The translations under genes were made by a program, and so were the position numbers. A stretch of 49,253 nucleotides of DNA, taken from positions 1 through 49,253 of the forward strand of contig NW_021834290.1 of the NCBI RefSeq assembly GCF_006345805.1. Direction: 5' to 3'. The notes beneath the pieces were generated by a model. It had not been told where the DNA came from, did no database searches, and was given only the letters and a program-made list of their open reading frames with translations. Below, one piece after another: positions 37,201 to 49,253 of this stretch; within the stretch, counting starts at the first letter, position 1, and each line of letters begins with the position of its first letter. The DNA comes from Octopus sinensis. Its lineage: Eukaryota.

Positions 37201-40200
37201 CATTGTCCTCATCCTCATCAACGTCATCATCATCATCATCATCGTCTTCATCGTTGTCCTCATCCTCATCAACGTCATCATCATCATCATCATCATCGTC
37301 TTCATCGTTGTCCTCATCCTCATCAACGTCATCATCATCATCATCATCATCGTCTTCATCGTTGTCCTCATCCTCATCAACGTCATCATCATCGTCTTCA
37401 TCATTGTCCTCATCCTCATCAACGTCATCATCATCATCATCGTTGTCTTCATCGTTGTCATCATCATCATCATCATCGTCTTCATCATTGTCCTCATCCT
37501 CATCAACGTCATCATCATCATCATCATCGTCTTCATCGTTGTCCTCATCCTCATCAACGTCATCATCATCATCATCGTCTTCATCATTGTCCTCATCCTC
37601 ATCAATGTCATCATCATCATCATCATCGTCTTCATCGTTGTCCTCATCCTCATCAACGTCATCATCATCATCATCGTTGTCTTCATCGTTGTCATCATCA
37701 TCATCATCATCGTCTTCATCGTTGTCCTCATCCTCATCAATGTCATCATCTCATCATCACATCGTCTTCATCATTGTCCTCATCCTCATCAACGTCATCA
37801 TCATCATCATCGTTGTCTTCATCGTTGTCATCATCATCATCATCATCATCATCGTCTTCACTTCATCGTTGTCCTCATCCTCATCAACGTCATCATCATC
37901 ATCATCGTCTTCATCATTGTCCATCCCTCATCATTCCATCATCATCATCACATCGTCGTCTTCATCGTTGTCCTCATCCTCATCACAACGTCATCATCAT
38001 CATCATCGTTGCTTCATCGTTGTCCATCATCATCATCATCATCGTCTTCATCGTTGTCCTCATCCTCATCAATGTCATCATCATCATCATCATCGTCTTC
38101 ATCATTGTCCTCATCCTCATCAATGTCATCATCATCATCATCATCGTCTTCATCATTGTCCTCATCCTCATCAACGTCATCATCATCATCATCGTCTTCA
38201 TCGTTGTCCTCATCCTCATCAACGTCATCATCATCATCATCATCATCGTCTTCATCGTTGTCCTCATCCTCATCAACGTCATCATCATCATCATCATCAT
38301 CGTCTTCATCATTGTCCTCATCCTCATCAACGTCATCATCATCATCATCATCATCGTCTTCATCGTTGTCCTCATCCTCATCAACGTCATCATCATCATC
38401 ATCATCATCGTCTTCATCGTTGTCCTCATCCTCATCACGTCATCATCATCATTCATCGTCTTCATCATCATTGTCCTCATCCTCATCAATGTCATCATCA
38501 TCATCATCATCGTCTTCATCATTGTCCTCATCCTCATCAACGTCATCATCATCATCATCGTCTTCATCGTTGTCCTCATCCTCATCAACGTCATCATCAT
38601 CATCATCGTCTTCATCATTGTCCTCATCCTCATCAACGTCATCATCATCATCATCGTTGTCTTCATCGTTGTCATCATCATCATCATCATCGTCTTCATC
38701 GTTGTCCTCATCCTCATCAACGTCATCATCATCATCATCATCATCGTCTTCATCGTTGTCCTCATCCTCATCAACGTCATCATCATCATCATCATCATCG
38801 TCTTCATCGTTGTCCTCATCCTCATCAACGTCATCATCATCATCATCGTTGTCTTCATCGTTGTCATCATCATCATCATCATCGTCTTCATCATTGTCCT
38901 CATCCTCATCAATGTCATCATCATCATCATCATCGTCTTCATCGTTGTCCTCATCCTCATCAACGTCATCATCATCATCATCATCATCGTCTTCATCATT
39001 GTCCTCATCCTCATCAACGTCATCATCATCATCATCATCGTCTTCATCGTTGTCCTCATCCTCATCAACGTCATCATCATCATCATCGTCTTCATCATTG
39101 TCCTCATCCTCATCAACGTCATCATCATCATCATCGTTGTCTTCATCGTTGTCATCATCATCATCATCATCGTCTTCATCGTTGTCCTCATCCTCATCAA
39201 CGTCATCATCATCATCATCATCGTCTTCATCGTTGTCATCATCATCATCGTCTTCATCGTTGTCCTCATCCTCATCAACGTCATCATCATCGTCTTCATC
39301 GTTGTCCTCATCCTCATCAACGTCATCATCATCATCATCATCGTCTTCATCATTGTCCTCATCCTCATCAATGTCATCATCATCATCATCATCGTCTTCA
39401 TCGTTGTCCTCATCCTCATCAACGTCATCATCATCATCATCATCATCGTCTTCATCATTGTCCTCATCCTCATCAACGTCATCATCATCATCATCGTTGT
39501 CTTCATCGTTGTCATCATCATCATCATCATCGTCTTCATCGTTGTCCTCATCCTCATCAACGTCATCATCATCATCATCATCATCGTCTTCATCGTTGTC
39601 CTCATCCTCATCAACGTCATCATCATCATCATCATCGTCTTCATCGTTGTCCTCATCCTCATCAACGTCATCATCATCATCATCTCATCATGTCTTCATC
39701 GTTGTCCTCATCCTCATCAACGTCATCATCATCATCATCATCATCGTCTTCATCTGTCCTCATCCTCATCAACGTCATCATCATCATCATCATCATCATC
39801 GTCTTCATCGTTGTCCTCATCCTCATCAACGTCATCATCATCATCATCGTCCTTCATCATTGTCCTCATCCTCTACAATGTCATCATCATCATCATCATC
39901 GTCTCATCGTTGTCCTCATCCTCATCAACGTCATCATCATCATCATCATCATCGTCTTCATCATTGTCCTCATCCTCATCACGTCATCATCATCATCATC
40001 GTTGTCTTCATCATCATCATCATCATCATCGTCTTCATCGTTGTCCTCATCCTCATCAACGTCATCATCATCATCATCATCATCGTCTTCATCGTTGTCC
40101 TCATCCTCATCAACGTCATCATCATCACATCATCGTCTTCACAGCATCGTTGTCCTCTCCTCATCAACGTCATCATCATCATCATCGTTGTCTTCATCTT

Positions 40201-41484
40201 TGTCATCATCGTCATCATCAATCATATCCATCGTTGTCCTCATCCTCATCAACGTCATCATCATCATCATCATCGTCGTCTCATCGTTGTCCTCATCCTC
40301 ATCAACGTCATCATCATCATCATCGTTGTCTTCATCGTTGTCATCATCTTCATCATCATCATCATCATCGTTGTCCTCATCCTCATCAACGTCATCATCA
40401 TCATCATCATCGTCTTCATCGTTGTCCTCATCCTCATCAACGTCATCATCATCATCATCGTTGTCTTCATCGTTGTCATCATCGTGTCATCATCATCATC
40501 ATCATCGTTGTCCTCATCCTCATCAACGTCATCATCATCATCATCATCGTCTTCATCGTTGTCCTCATCCTCATCAACGTCATCATCATCATCATCGTTG
40601 TCTTCATCGTTGTCATCATCGTCATCATCATCATCATCGTTGTCCTCATCCTCATCAACGTCATCATCATCATCATCATCGTCTTCATCGTTGTCCTCAT
40701 CCTCATCAACGTCATCATCATCATCATCGTTGTCTTCATCGTTGTCATCATCGTCATCATCATCATCATCATCGTTGTCCTCATCCTCATCAACGTCATC
40801 ATCATCATCATCATCGTCTTCATCGTTTTCCTCATCCTCATCAACGTCATCATCATCATCATCGTTGTCTTCATCGTTGTCATCATCGTCATCATCATCA
40901 TCATCATCGTTGTCCTCATCCTCATCAACGTCATCATCATCATCATCATCGTCTTCATCGTTGTCCTCATCCTCATCAACGTCATCATCATCATCATCGT
41001 TGTCTTCATCGTTGTCATCATCGTCATCATCATCATCATCATCATTGTCATCATCCTCATTAACGTCATCATCATCATCATCATCATTGTCATCATCCTC
41101 ATCAACGTCATCATCATCATCATCATCATTGTCATCATCCTCATCAATGTCATCATCATCATCAACTTCATCATCGTCATCATCATCATCATTGTCATCA
41201 TCCTCATCAACGTCATCATCATCATCATCATCAATGTCATCATCCTCATTAACGTCATCATCATCATCATCATCATTGTCATCATCCTCATTAACGTCAT
41301 CATCATCATCATCATCATTGTCATCATCCTCATCAATGTCATCATCATCATCAACTTCATCATCGTCATCATCATCATCATTGTCATCATCCTCATCAAC
41401 GTCATCATCATCATCATCATCAATGTCATCATCCTCATCAACATCATCATTATCATCGTCGTCGTTGTCATCATCATCATCATT
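34241..41484 (-). CDS. Candidate giant Asp/Glu-rich exon (about 2,400 aa, VDEDEDNDEDD(D)n repeats plus basic 58-aa tail), interrupted by clustered indels
   Basis: The Asp frame is stop-free in clean segments and reads into VTTITATRSKTRSFNENKTLLMSPEMTTDIKQAEENVKKRENLQNKKKNKNKKNERII* with AATAAA at 34213-34218 and 34184-34189; no credible start or acceptor found; many frameshifts. Confidence 0.4.
34418..41481. repeat. 7.06-kb compound (ATC/GAT)n tandem array with a fixed 30-bp core and variable (GAT)n spacer
   Basis: Minus-strand unit GAC GTT GAT GAG GAT GAG GAC AAC GAT GAA GAC (GAT)n, plus GAC AAC GAT GAA GAC AAC variant units and higher-order repeats. Confidence 0.98.
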
Positions 41485-41600
41485 AGCATACCGGACAAAA
41501 TGTTTAGCAGCATTTTGTCCGTCTTTACATTCTGAGTTCAAATCCTGCTGATGTCGACTTGGCCCTTTCCTCCTTTTGGGGTCGATAAGTACCAATTGAG
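41482..41600 (+). mobile_element. 5'-truncated SINE B fused to the array end
   Basis: attagcataccggacaaaatgtttagcagc...gagttcaaatcc...ggggtcgataagtacc. Confidence 0.85.
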
Positions 41601-42716
41601 AAATGAGGTGGCCTTGTACCTATACTAAAAAAAAGGATTATTACTAATTACTGTTATTATTAATAAGGCAACAAGCATGCCAGACATATTGCATTGTGGT
41701 ATTTCATCTGTCTCTTTGTTCTGAGTTCAAATTCTGCCAAGGTCATCTTTGCCTTTCATCCTTTCAGGGTTGGTGAAATACATACCAGTCAAGCACTGGG
41801 GTTGATGTAATCGCCTTGTCCCCACCCACAAAGTTTCATGCCTTGAGCCTTTAGTAGAAAGGATTATTATTATTTTCATTCTTCTTCTTCTTCTTCTTCT
41901 TCTTATTATTATTATTATCATTATTATTATTATCATTATTATTATCATCATCATTATTATTATTATTATTATTATTATTGTTTTAAATTTCACTCTCCCC
42001 ATATTTGCAACAGAATCAAAGAGAGTCAAAGACTCAGTGACAGTGTCAAATTGGGGTTTCAGAATAAGTTTACTCCCCAAGTGACTCATGGTAGGATTTA
42101 ATCAGATGCAAGAAAGTCTGAAGTAGAGCAAACCTTCATCCCGTATCCATCACTATCTGTAAGTGCTGACTAATTTGGTTGGGACATGTGGTAAGGCTCT
42201 TGGGGAATAGACTGACCAAGTAAGACCTTAAGACCTTAGCTCTTATGTTACTGTATTCCATTTGAAATATACTCCCTTTTTTTAAAATTTATTTTGAATA
42301 TAATGAAGAATTTATCAAGATAATTTTGTCATTATTAATTAAGCTGGTGTTTCAAATTTAAAGATTTTAATTAAGAACATTTTAAAACAGGAAGTGTATG
42401 TCACAGTTCCAAATGTGGTCTCAGGTGGGTTGGTATCACTAAGATTTAAGGGAACACTTGGGAGCAGTAGCATAGGGGACACCAGAAGGTGAACTGACAC
42501 CAGACAACCAACAGGGACATTCAACTGGAAAATGCAGTATGGAACTATGCACACACAGTGGCTGTTGGTTCATCCTTCTAGAATACTTTGACTGCTTCAT
42601 GTGTCACCCAACATGGGAGCACCTGAACCAAAGCATAATTCTTGAAAGGATGAACAACCTTGTTAACCGTAGTCAAGGACTATTATTATTATTACTATTA
42701 TTATTATTATTATTAC

Positions 42717-42756
<40 letters not shown>

Positions 42757-43217
42757 GAGTGAGATAGCAGTGCATGCCATCAAAGTGACACTGGGATAAA
42801 ATATACAAAGCCCAATATACCCATCATGACTACCCATCTGATAAGGGTACACCAGGCACATGCATCACAACCATATGTGCGCGACATGGTGATCTCATAT
42901 CAAGATAAACAGCACATGACCTTGCAGGTGGGGCCCAGTTAGAATTTTCTTCAGGTTGAGTAGCCCATCCCGCTCAAAAGGTCCCTGAATAAGGGTTGTT
43001 TAAGGATGTTGAAAGAACCACCCATGTTTCCAGAGGTGAATTATTCAAACCCCAAAGAATCCCTCTCAACACATGGCTATGATGCTCCCCCACTACTTCC
43101 GCTCGTGATCAGAGATGCACATATTGTCAGCCGCTAAGGGACATGCTCAACTGGTTAAGGTCAAACAACTGACAAGCAAATCTGTGGTATTGAGCAGAAT
43201 ATTTGTTGTAGCCCATC
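42757..43217 (-). mobile_element. (TAA)n-embedded element, 5'-truncated copy
   Basis: High similarity to 8428-8971; (TAT)n on both sides. Confidence 0.9.
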
Positions 43218-43218
43218 A

Positions 43219-43276
<58 letters not shown>

Positions 43277-43315
43277 GAGTGAGAGAGCAGTGCATGCCAT
43301 CAAAGTGACACTGGG
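43277..43315 (-). mobile_element. 39-bp terminal fragment of the (TAA)n-embedded element
   Basis: gagtgagagagcagtgcatgccatcaaagtgacactggg after (TAT)n. Confidence 0.85.
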
Positions 43316-43317
43316 TA

Positions 43318-43553
43318 AGGCAGCGAGCTGGCAGAATCGTTAGCACGTCAGGTGAAATGCTTTGCGGTATTTCGTCTGCCACTATGCTCTGAGTTCAAAT
43401 TCCACTGAGGTCGACTTTGCCCTTCATCCTTTCGGGGTCGATTAAATAAGTACCAGTTATGCACTGCACTGGGGTCGATATAATCGACTTAATCCGTTTG
43501 TCTGTCCTTGTTTGTCTCTTCTGTGTTTAGCCCCTTGTGGGTAGCAAAGAAAT
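43318..43553 (+). mobile_element. SINE family B
   Basis: aggcagcgagctggcagaatcg...aaagaaat followed by aggtat. Confidence 0.92.
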
Positions 43554-43740
43554 AGGTATTCAAGGACTGGATGAGGATTTGAACCAGATGCTGGATGAAA
43601 TCTACCATCCAGAATTGTTCCGCAGACATTTTTACAAAGTCTAATAAGCATTGAGTAGCATTATCCATTATCGGAGCTATAAATTCTTCAGTTTTGTGAA
43701 TATAGAAAATTCATTCTCCTGAAATAATCCTATTTATATG

Positions 43741-44600
43741 TATATGTGTGTGTGTGTATTTCTATATGTGTGTATTTCTATATGTATGTGGTGTGTCTGT
43801 TTGTGTTTGTATGTATGTGTGTACATGTCTCTATGTGCGCATGTCCACATATGCATGCATGTGTGTATATGTGCATATCTGTATGTGTCTGTGTTTATGT
43901 TTGTGTGTGTGTGTATATGTGTGTACATGTCTATATATGTTTGTGCATGAGTGTGTGTGCATGTGTCGGCACATGTCTGTATGTGTATGTCTGTGTGCAT
44001 ATGTGTCTGTATATGTGTGTGTGTGTATTTCTATATGTGTGTATTTCTATATGTATGTGGTGTGTCTGTTTGTGTTTGTATGTATGTGTGTACATGTCTC
44101 TATGTGCGCATGTCCACATATGCATGCATGTGTGTATATGTGCATATCTGTATGTGTCTGTGTTTATGTTTGTGTGTGTGTGTATGTGTCTGAATATGTG
44201 TGTTTAAGTGTGTATATATTTATATCTATGTGTGTGTGTGTCTGCTTGTATGTGTCTGTATGTGTGTATGTCTGTGTGTGTGTGTATATGTGCATATCTG
44301 TATGTGTCTGTGTTTATGTTTGTGTGTGTGTGTATTTCTATATCTATGTGTGTGTGTGTCTGCTTGTATGTGTCTGTGTTTATGTCTGTGTGTGTATGTG
44401 TGTACATGTCTATATATGTATTTGTGTGTGTGCATGTGTGTATGCATGTCTGCACATGTCTGTATGTGTGTATGTCTGTGTGTGTGTGTATGTGTCTGAA
44501 TATGTGTGTTTAAGTGTGTATGTATTCATATCTATGTGTGTAGGCGTTGTCTCCTTGTATGTGTCTGTATGTGTGTATGTATATATAAGTGTTTGTGTGA
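43741..44600. repeat. Complex (TG/TA) alternating purine-pyrimidine tract with an internal duplication of about 269 bp
   Basis: tatatgtgtgtgtgtgtatttctatatgtgtgtatttc recurs at 43741 and 44010. Confidence 0.9.
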
Positions 44601-45003
44601 ATACATAATATATTATTAAGTTCATGATTTGTTGGTGTTGTTTGGGTGTTTGTTATAGTTCTTGTTGTTGTTGTGGTTAGGTGAAAGCCTGAGCTTAGTC
44701 AGATAATGAATGCAAATTTAGCCTAAAGAACCAAAAGCAAAAAAAAAAAAAACCTGGCCACAACAGAAAAAATAACAGAAAAATAAAACAAAAACAAAAG
44801 CAAAAGCAAAATGTTAATAACATCATCATCGGCGTAAAACACATCCATAACAACAACAACAACAACTAAAAGAAAACAATGATTCAACAAGAATACCATC
44901 TTCCCGTAGAGTATTTTTTTACCACTAATTTGAGGATTTCTTTGTATGTGTGTATATGTAATCTATGCATGTGTCTGTCTATCACTCTTTCTCTCCCTCT
45001 CGG

Positions 45004-45035
<32 letters not shown>

Positions 45036-45287
45036 TGTATATATATATTCATATTCATTCTCTATAATATATCTATATATACGTATATATATATATATAC
45101 ATATGCATGCATACACACGCTCACATGTATGTGTGTATATATGTATACACACACACAAACAAATACATATATACATACATACTAACAGATTACCTGAATC
45201 CATATATTGTGACTTAAATTTACATATACATACATATTCACATTTGCATACGCACATGTACACACATACACACACACACATTTAGTT

Positions 45288-45321
<34 letters not shown>

Positions 45322-45716
45322 CCACCATCATTTAATATGTAATTTTCCATGCTTGCATGGCTGAAATGGAATTTGCTGAAACAGGCATTTTACAGCTGGG
45401 TGCCCATCCTGTTGCCCACACTTACCTGTTTCTGAACAGTGTAAAATTTCCCTGCGGCCAGACAGGCTGTTCATTAAAGACTAGAAATAAAAAAAAAAAC
45501 CCTCACTGGTATGACAGTGATGCTAGTTGACCAGCATCACATGTTGCCGAGTCAGGCACTCCACCGGTTATGACAATGCAGGTTCCAGTTAATCCAATCA
45601 ATGGAAATCATGAAATTAATGAGCAAGTGACTGAGCACTCCACAGACATGCATACCTATTTCTTTACTACCCACAACACAGAGGGAACAAACGGATTAAG
45701 TTGATTACATTGACTC

Positions 45717-46292
<576 letters not shown>

Positions 46293-46534
46293 ATTTATTT
46301 TGGTAAAATGCTTTTTACAGATACGTTTTTTTTCATCTTTTGCTGAGGATCAAAATAAATAGATTTGATTATGCGAGAATCTTAGCCTGTTTGTTGCAAA
46401 AACATGTTTTGATGGTTCTTAGGTCAGCACTTCGAAATTAGCTCTGACTTTTTAATTCAGCAGAGGAAAGTCTTTTGTTAGAATGCTACATTTCTCTTCT
46501 AAGCAAAATTAGCATATACACTGGAATCTGTGTT

Positions 46535-46565
<31 letters not shown>

Positions 46566-47584
46566 TGATATGTCTATATTCACACCACCTTTTCTTTTCT
46601 CCATTCTTATTCACATACAGACATTAATCTTTATAATACAGAAATTCTATTTGTTACTATGTTCTGAAATATTAACATAAATGGTACTTTGTATCAATAA
46701 AATGTTTTACTTAATGAATTCTTAAATACATGTCCTGTTGCCTAGACTAAGTTCCTGTACATTTCTTGGCCCTAGGACCGTCAACAGAGTAAAGTAATTT
46801 ACAGCGATTCATGAAATGGGCCTTGCTCATAGATAAATTAAAATACATCAATAGAGAAGTAAATAGAAATAGGACATTACCTTAATTCATTTTCTGTTTT
46901 TGAGACAGAAAAAAAAGGATCCAGCCCACACTGTTAAGTGGTTGACATATTGAAGGGCATCAAGCTGTGAAAACCATACCAAAAATGACCTTGCCTGTGC
47001 TGGTGCCACATAAAAAGAACTCAGCCCACTCTGTGGGGTGGTTGGTGTTAGGAAGAGAATCTCGTTGTAAAAACCATTCCAAAACATACACCAAAGTATG
47101 GTGCATTCTTCTGCCTGACCAGCTCCTGACAAACAATTTGACCTATGCCAGTGTGGAAGGTGGACGTTAAATGATGATGATGATGAACAACGCAAGCTAC
47201 TCAAAAGTATTCACACTACCATCTTCATGACGACAATGACAATCACCATCACTACCATCACCACCATTATCATAATTTTAGTGTGTCTTCTTTTTGATGG
47301 ATCAGATGGAATTTGAGGAGGTGGATTTTCATGCTGCCCTTCATGTTGTCAGCCTCTCACTTAGCTCACTCTCTCCATCAACACGATGTTACCTGAACAA
47401 GTGCACACTGTATTGCAATACAGGTGTTGAAATGATCGCAGGGTAACATGAGATGAAGTGTTTTGCTCAAGAACACAATGCAGCACCTGGTCGAGGAATT
47501 GAAACCACTATAGCTAGATCATGAGTGCAACGCCCTAGCCACCAATCCATACACCCTCTCACACACACACATGTATACATATAT

Positions 47585-47994
47585 ACTCTTTACTCTTTTA
47601 CTTGTTTCAGTCATTTGACTGCGGCCATGCTGGAGCACCACCTTTAGTCGAGCAAATCGACCCCAGGACTTATTCTTTGTAAGCCCAGTACTTACTCTAT
47701 CGGTCTCTTTTTGCCGAACCGCTAAGTGACAGGGACGTAAACACACCAGCATCGGTTGTCAAGCAATGCTAGGGGGACAAACACAGACACACAAGCATAT
47801 ACACACACATACATATATATACATATATACGACAGGCTTCTTTCAGTTTCCGTCTACCAAATCCACTCACAAGGCATTGGTCGGCCCAGGGTTATAGCAG
47901 AAGACACTTGCCCAAGGTGCCACGCAGTGGGACTGAACCCGGAACCATGTGGTTGGTAAACAAGCTACTTACCACACAGCCACTCCTGCGCCTA
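47585..47994 (-). mobile_element. SINE family A
   Basis: Reverse complement of the family-A consensus. Confidence 0.93.
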
Positions 47995-48444
47995 TGTATA
48001 TACACTCCTGTGTATATATATACACATATACACACATGTATATATATATATAGACATACACACAATGGGCTTCTTTCAATTTTGTCTACAAAATCCACTC
48101 AAAAGGCTTTGGTCAGCTGAGGGCTCTTATACAAATCACTTGTTCAGGATGCTGTGCAGTGGGACTGAACTGAAGACCACAGGGTTCGGGAGCAAGCTTC
48201 TGAACCCTACAACCACACTCGTGCCCCTTTCTATGATTATCTTAAAATCCTTTCTTCTTGAGCCTGCTTAAAGCATCTCTACATTAAACAGACCATATAT
48301 GACTCAAATACCTTTTTACCTGCATTATGCTCAAAATGGCCGGATCTGGCATCTTACCCCTACCCTACAATGTCATTCTAAAAACTAAATAAATACATAC
48401 CGTAAATCCTTAAGTATAATCTGCATTTATTTCCCAAAATTTAA

Positions 48445-48666
48445 CCCTTTAGTGTTTGCGCTATTCTACCAAACTTAATGCGTCTTCATCTACATTGTTT
48501 TGAACTAATCATGCATTAATCTTATAGCTATGAGATTTTGATGAGGTAGCTGTTAATTTTTAAAACGATATTGTAGGGCTGGTGTGAGAGACCAGATCTG
48601 GCCAGTTTGAACATAAAACAGGCAGAATACTTTTGGCTGGATATGGCCGGTTTAAATGCTAAAGGG
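48445..48666. mobile_element. piggyBac-type MITE (222 bp)
   Basis: TTAA|CCCTTTAG...CTAAAGGG|TTAA (TTAA at 48441-48444 and 48667-48670); related fragments near 48270-48420 and 18885-19070. Confidence 0.85.
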
Positions 48667-48929
48667 TTAAAGGTCAAAATCCCTAGTGCGTACTATACAC
48701 AAGGTTAAAAATGAAAAATATTTTCTAAGTAATGACTGAGTCTCTATTTGCTGTCTGGCTGTATTTATTCCAATGCATTTTGTGATGTCGGGTACGAAAA
48801 TACCTTAAGCTAAGCCTGAAAGCAATGAAGTCATAAAAGAATCATCCATAACTTGCAGTAAGCAACATTTATTAAACGTTATTACTGTTATTTCTTTTAT
48901 TTTCTCCAAACAAATGCACAAAAACCTAT

Positions 48930-49253
48930 ATGTTTCTCGCTGCCCCCGTGCCGATGGCTGTAGCACATCCGTTCGTGGCCATTGCCAGCCTCACCTGGCC
49001 CCCCGTGCGGTGGCACGTAAAAGCACCATCCGTTCGTGGCCGTTGCCAGCTCCGTCTGCACCTGTGCGGTTGCACGTAAAAGCACCCACTACACTCACGG
49101 AGTGTTGGCGTTAGGAAGGGCATCCAGCCGTAGAAACACTGCCAGATCTGACTGGGCCTGGTGTAGCCTTCTGGCTTCACAGACCCCAGTTGAACCGTCC
49201 AACCCATGCTAGCATGGAAAGCGGACGCTAAATGATGATGATGATGATGATAC
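48930..49253 (+). mobile_element. SINE family C (RTE-like tail) with internal tandem gtggcacgtaaaagcacc units
   Basis: ...ggagtgttggcgttaggaagggcatccagcc...catggaaagcggacgctaaatgatgatgat. Confidence 0.9.

Noticed and set aside
34418-41481. CRISPR-like repeat-spacer appearance (fixed core plus variable spacer)
   Set aside because: The spacers are just (GAT)n of variable length, not unique sequences; eukaryotic context, no cas genes
34263-41551. Three giant plus-strand ORFs (2266, 2302, 1834 aa) and the Met-rich minus-strand ORFs
   Set aside because: (ATC)n has no plus-strand stops, so all three frames are open. They switch between S, H and I/V registers at each indel and two of the three lack an ATG start, so they are not proteins as listed
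41482-41595. MVLIDPKRRKG... as the N-terminus of the acidic protein
   Set aside because: The sequence is antisense SINE B, and the same open frame recurs in other SINE copies (e.g. 2622-2882); the start is a TTG
42106-42158. Plus-strand exon DARKSEVEQTFIPYPSLS ending at GTAAGT
   Set aside because: Weak acceptor without a pyrimidine tract; the region resembles decayed non-LTR sequence
42440-42680. Possible second RLE-LINE C-terminus (GTLGAV-like) before (TAT)n; similar hint at 6365-6475
   Set aside because: Too decayed; needs several frameshifts to align
43561-43645. QGLDEDLNQMLDEIYHPELFRRHFYKV* peptide
   Set aside because: 27 codons, no splice acceptor or start, directly after a SINE; no recognisable family
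46881-46893. 13-nt minus-strand microexon (cAG|AAAATGAATTAAG|GTAATG)
   Set aside because: Not frame-preserving; the pyrimidine tract lies at a SINE edge; no supporting neighbours

Overview
Eukaryotic, AT-rich and repeat-saturated DNA. The SINE families and dense (TA)n/(CA)n/(TAT)n/(ATC)n microsatellites match what I recall of Octopus genomes; this was not database-verified. No multi-exon gene can be reconstructed, and almost every ORF in the supplied track is a microsatellite or SINE artefact. Recognisable TE remnants include a Tc1 DD34E C-terminus, an R4/Dong-type RLE non-LTR element, CR1 and RTE fragments, a Penelope GIY-YIG domain, non-autonomous Helitrons, a piggyBac-type MITE and dozens of tRNA-headed SINEs. 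Four observations stand out. (1) A 7.06-kb compound (GAT)n array at 34418-41481 whose unit deviates from the pure microsatellite almost only at one codon position; it may encode a ~2,350-aa Asp/Glu polyanion on the minus strand, with frameshifts clustered like long-read errors. (2) About eight hammerhead-ribozyme-like motifs in Penelope-type terminal repeats, several with atypical junctions, clustered around the GIY-YIG remnant. (3) Plus-strand splice signals: a 9-nt microexon candidate (23023-23031) enclosed by nested inverted repeats, and an AG|GT recursive-splice candidate (7828/7829). (4) Retroelements targeting (TAA)n, and SINE multimers with diagnostic target-site duplications (TSDs). 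TE boundaries are approximate unless TSD or terminal motifs are cited.
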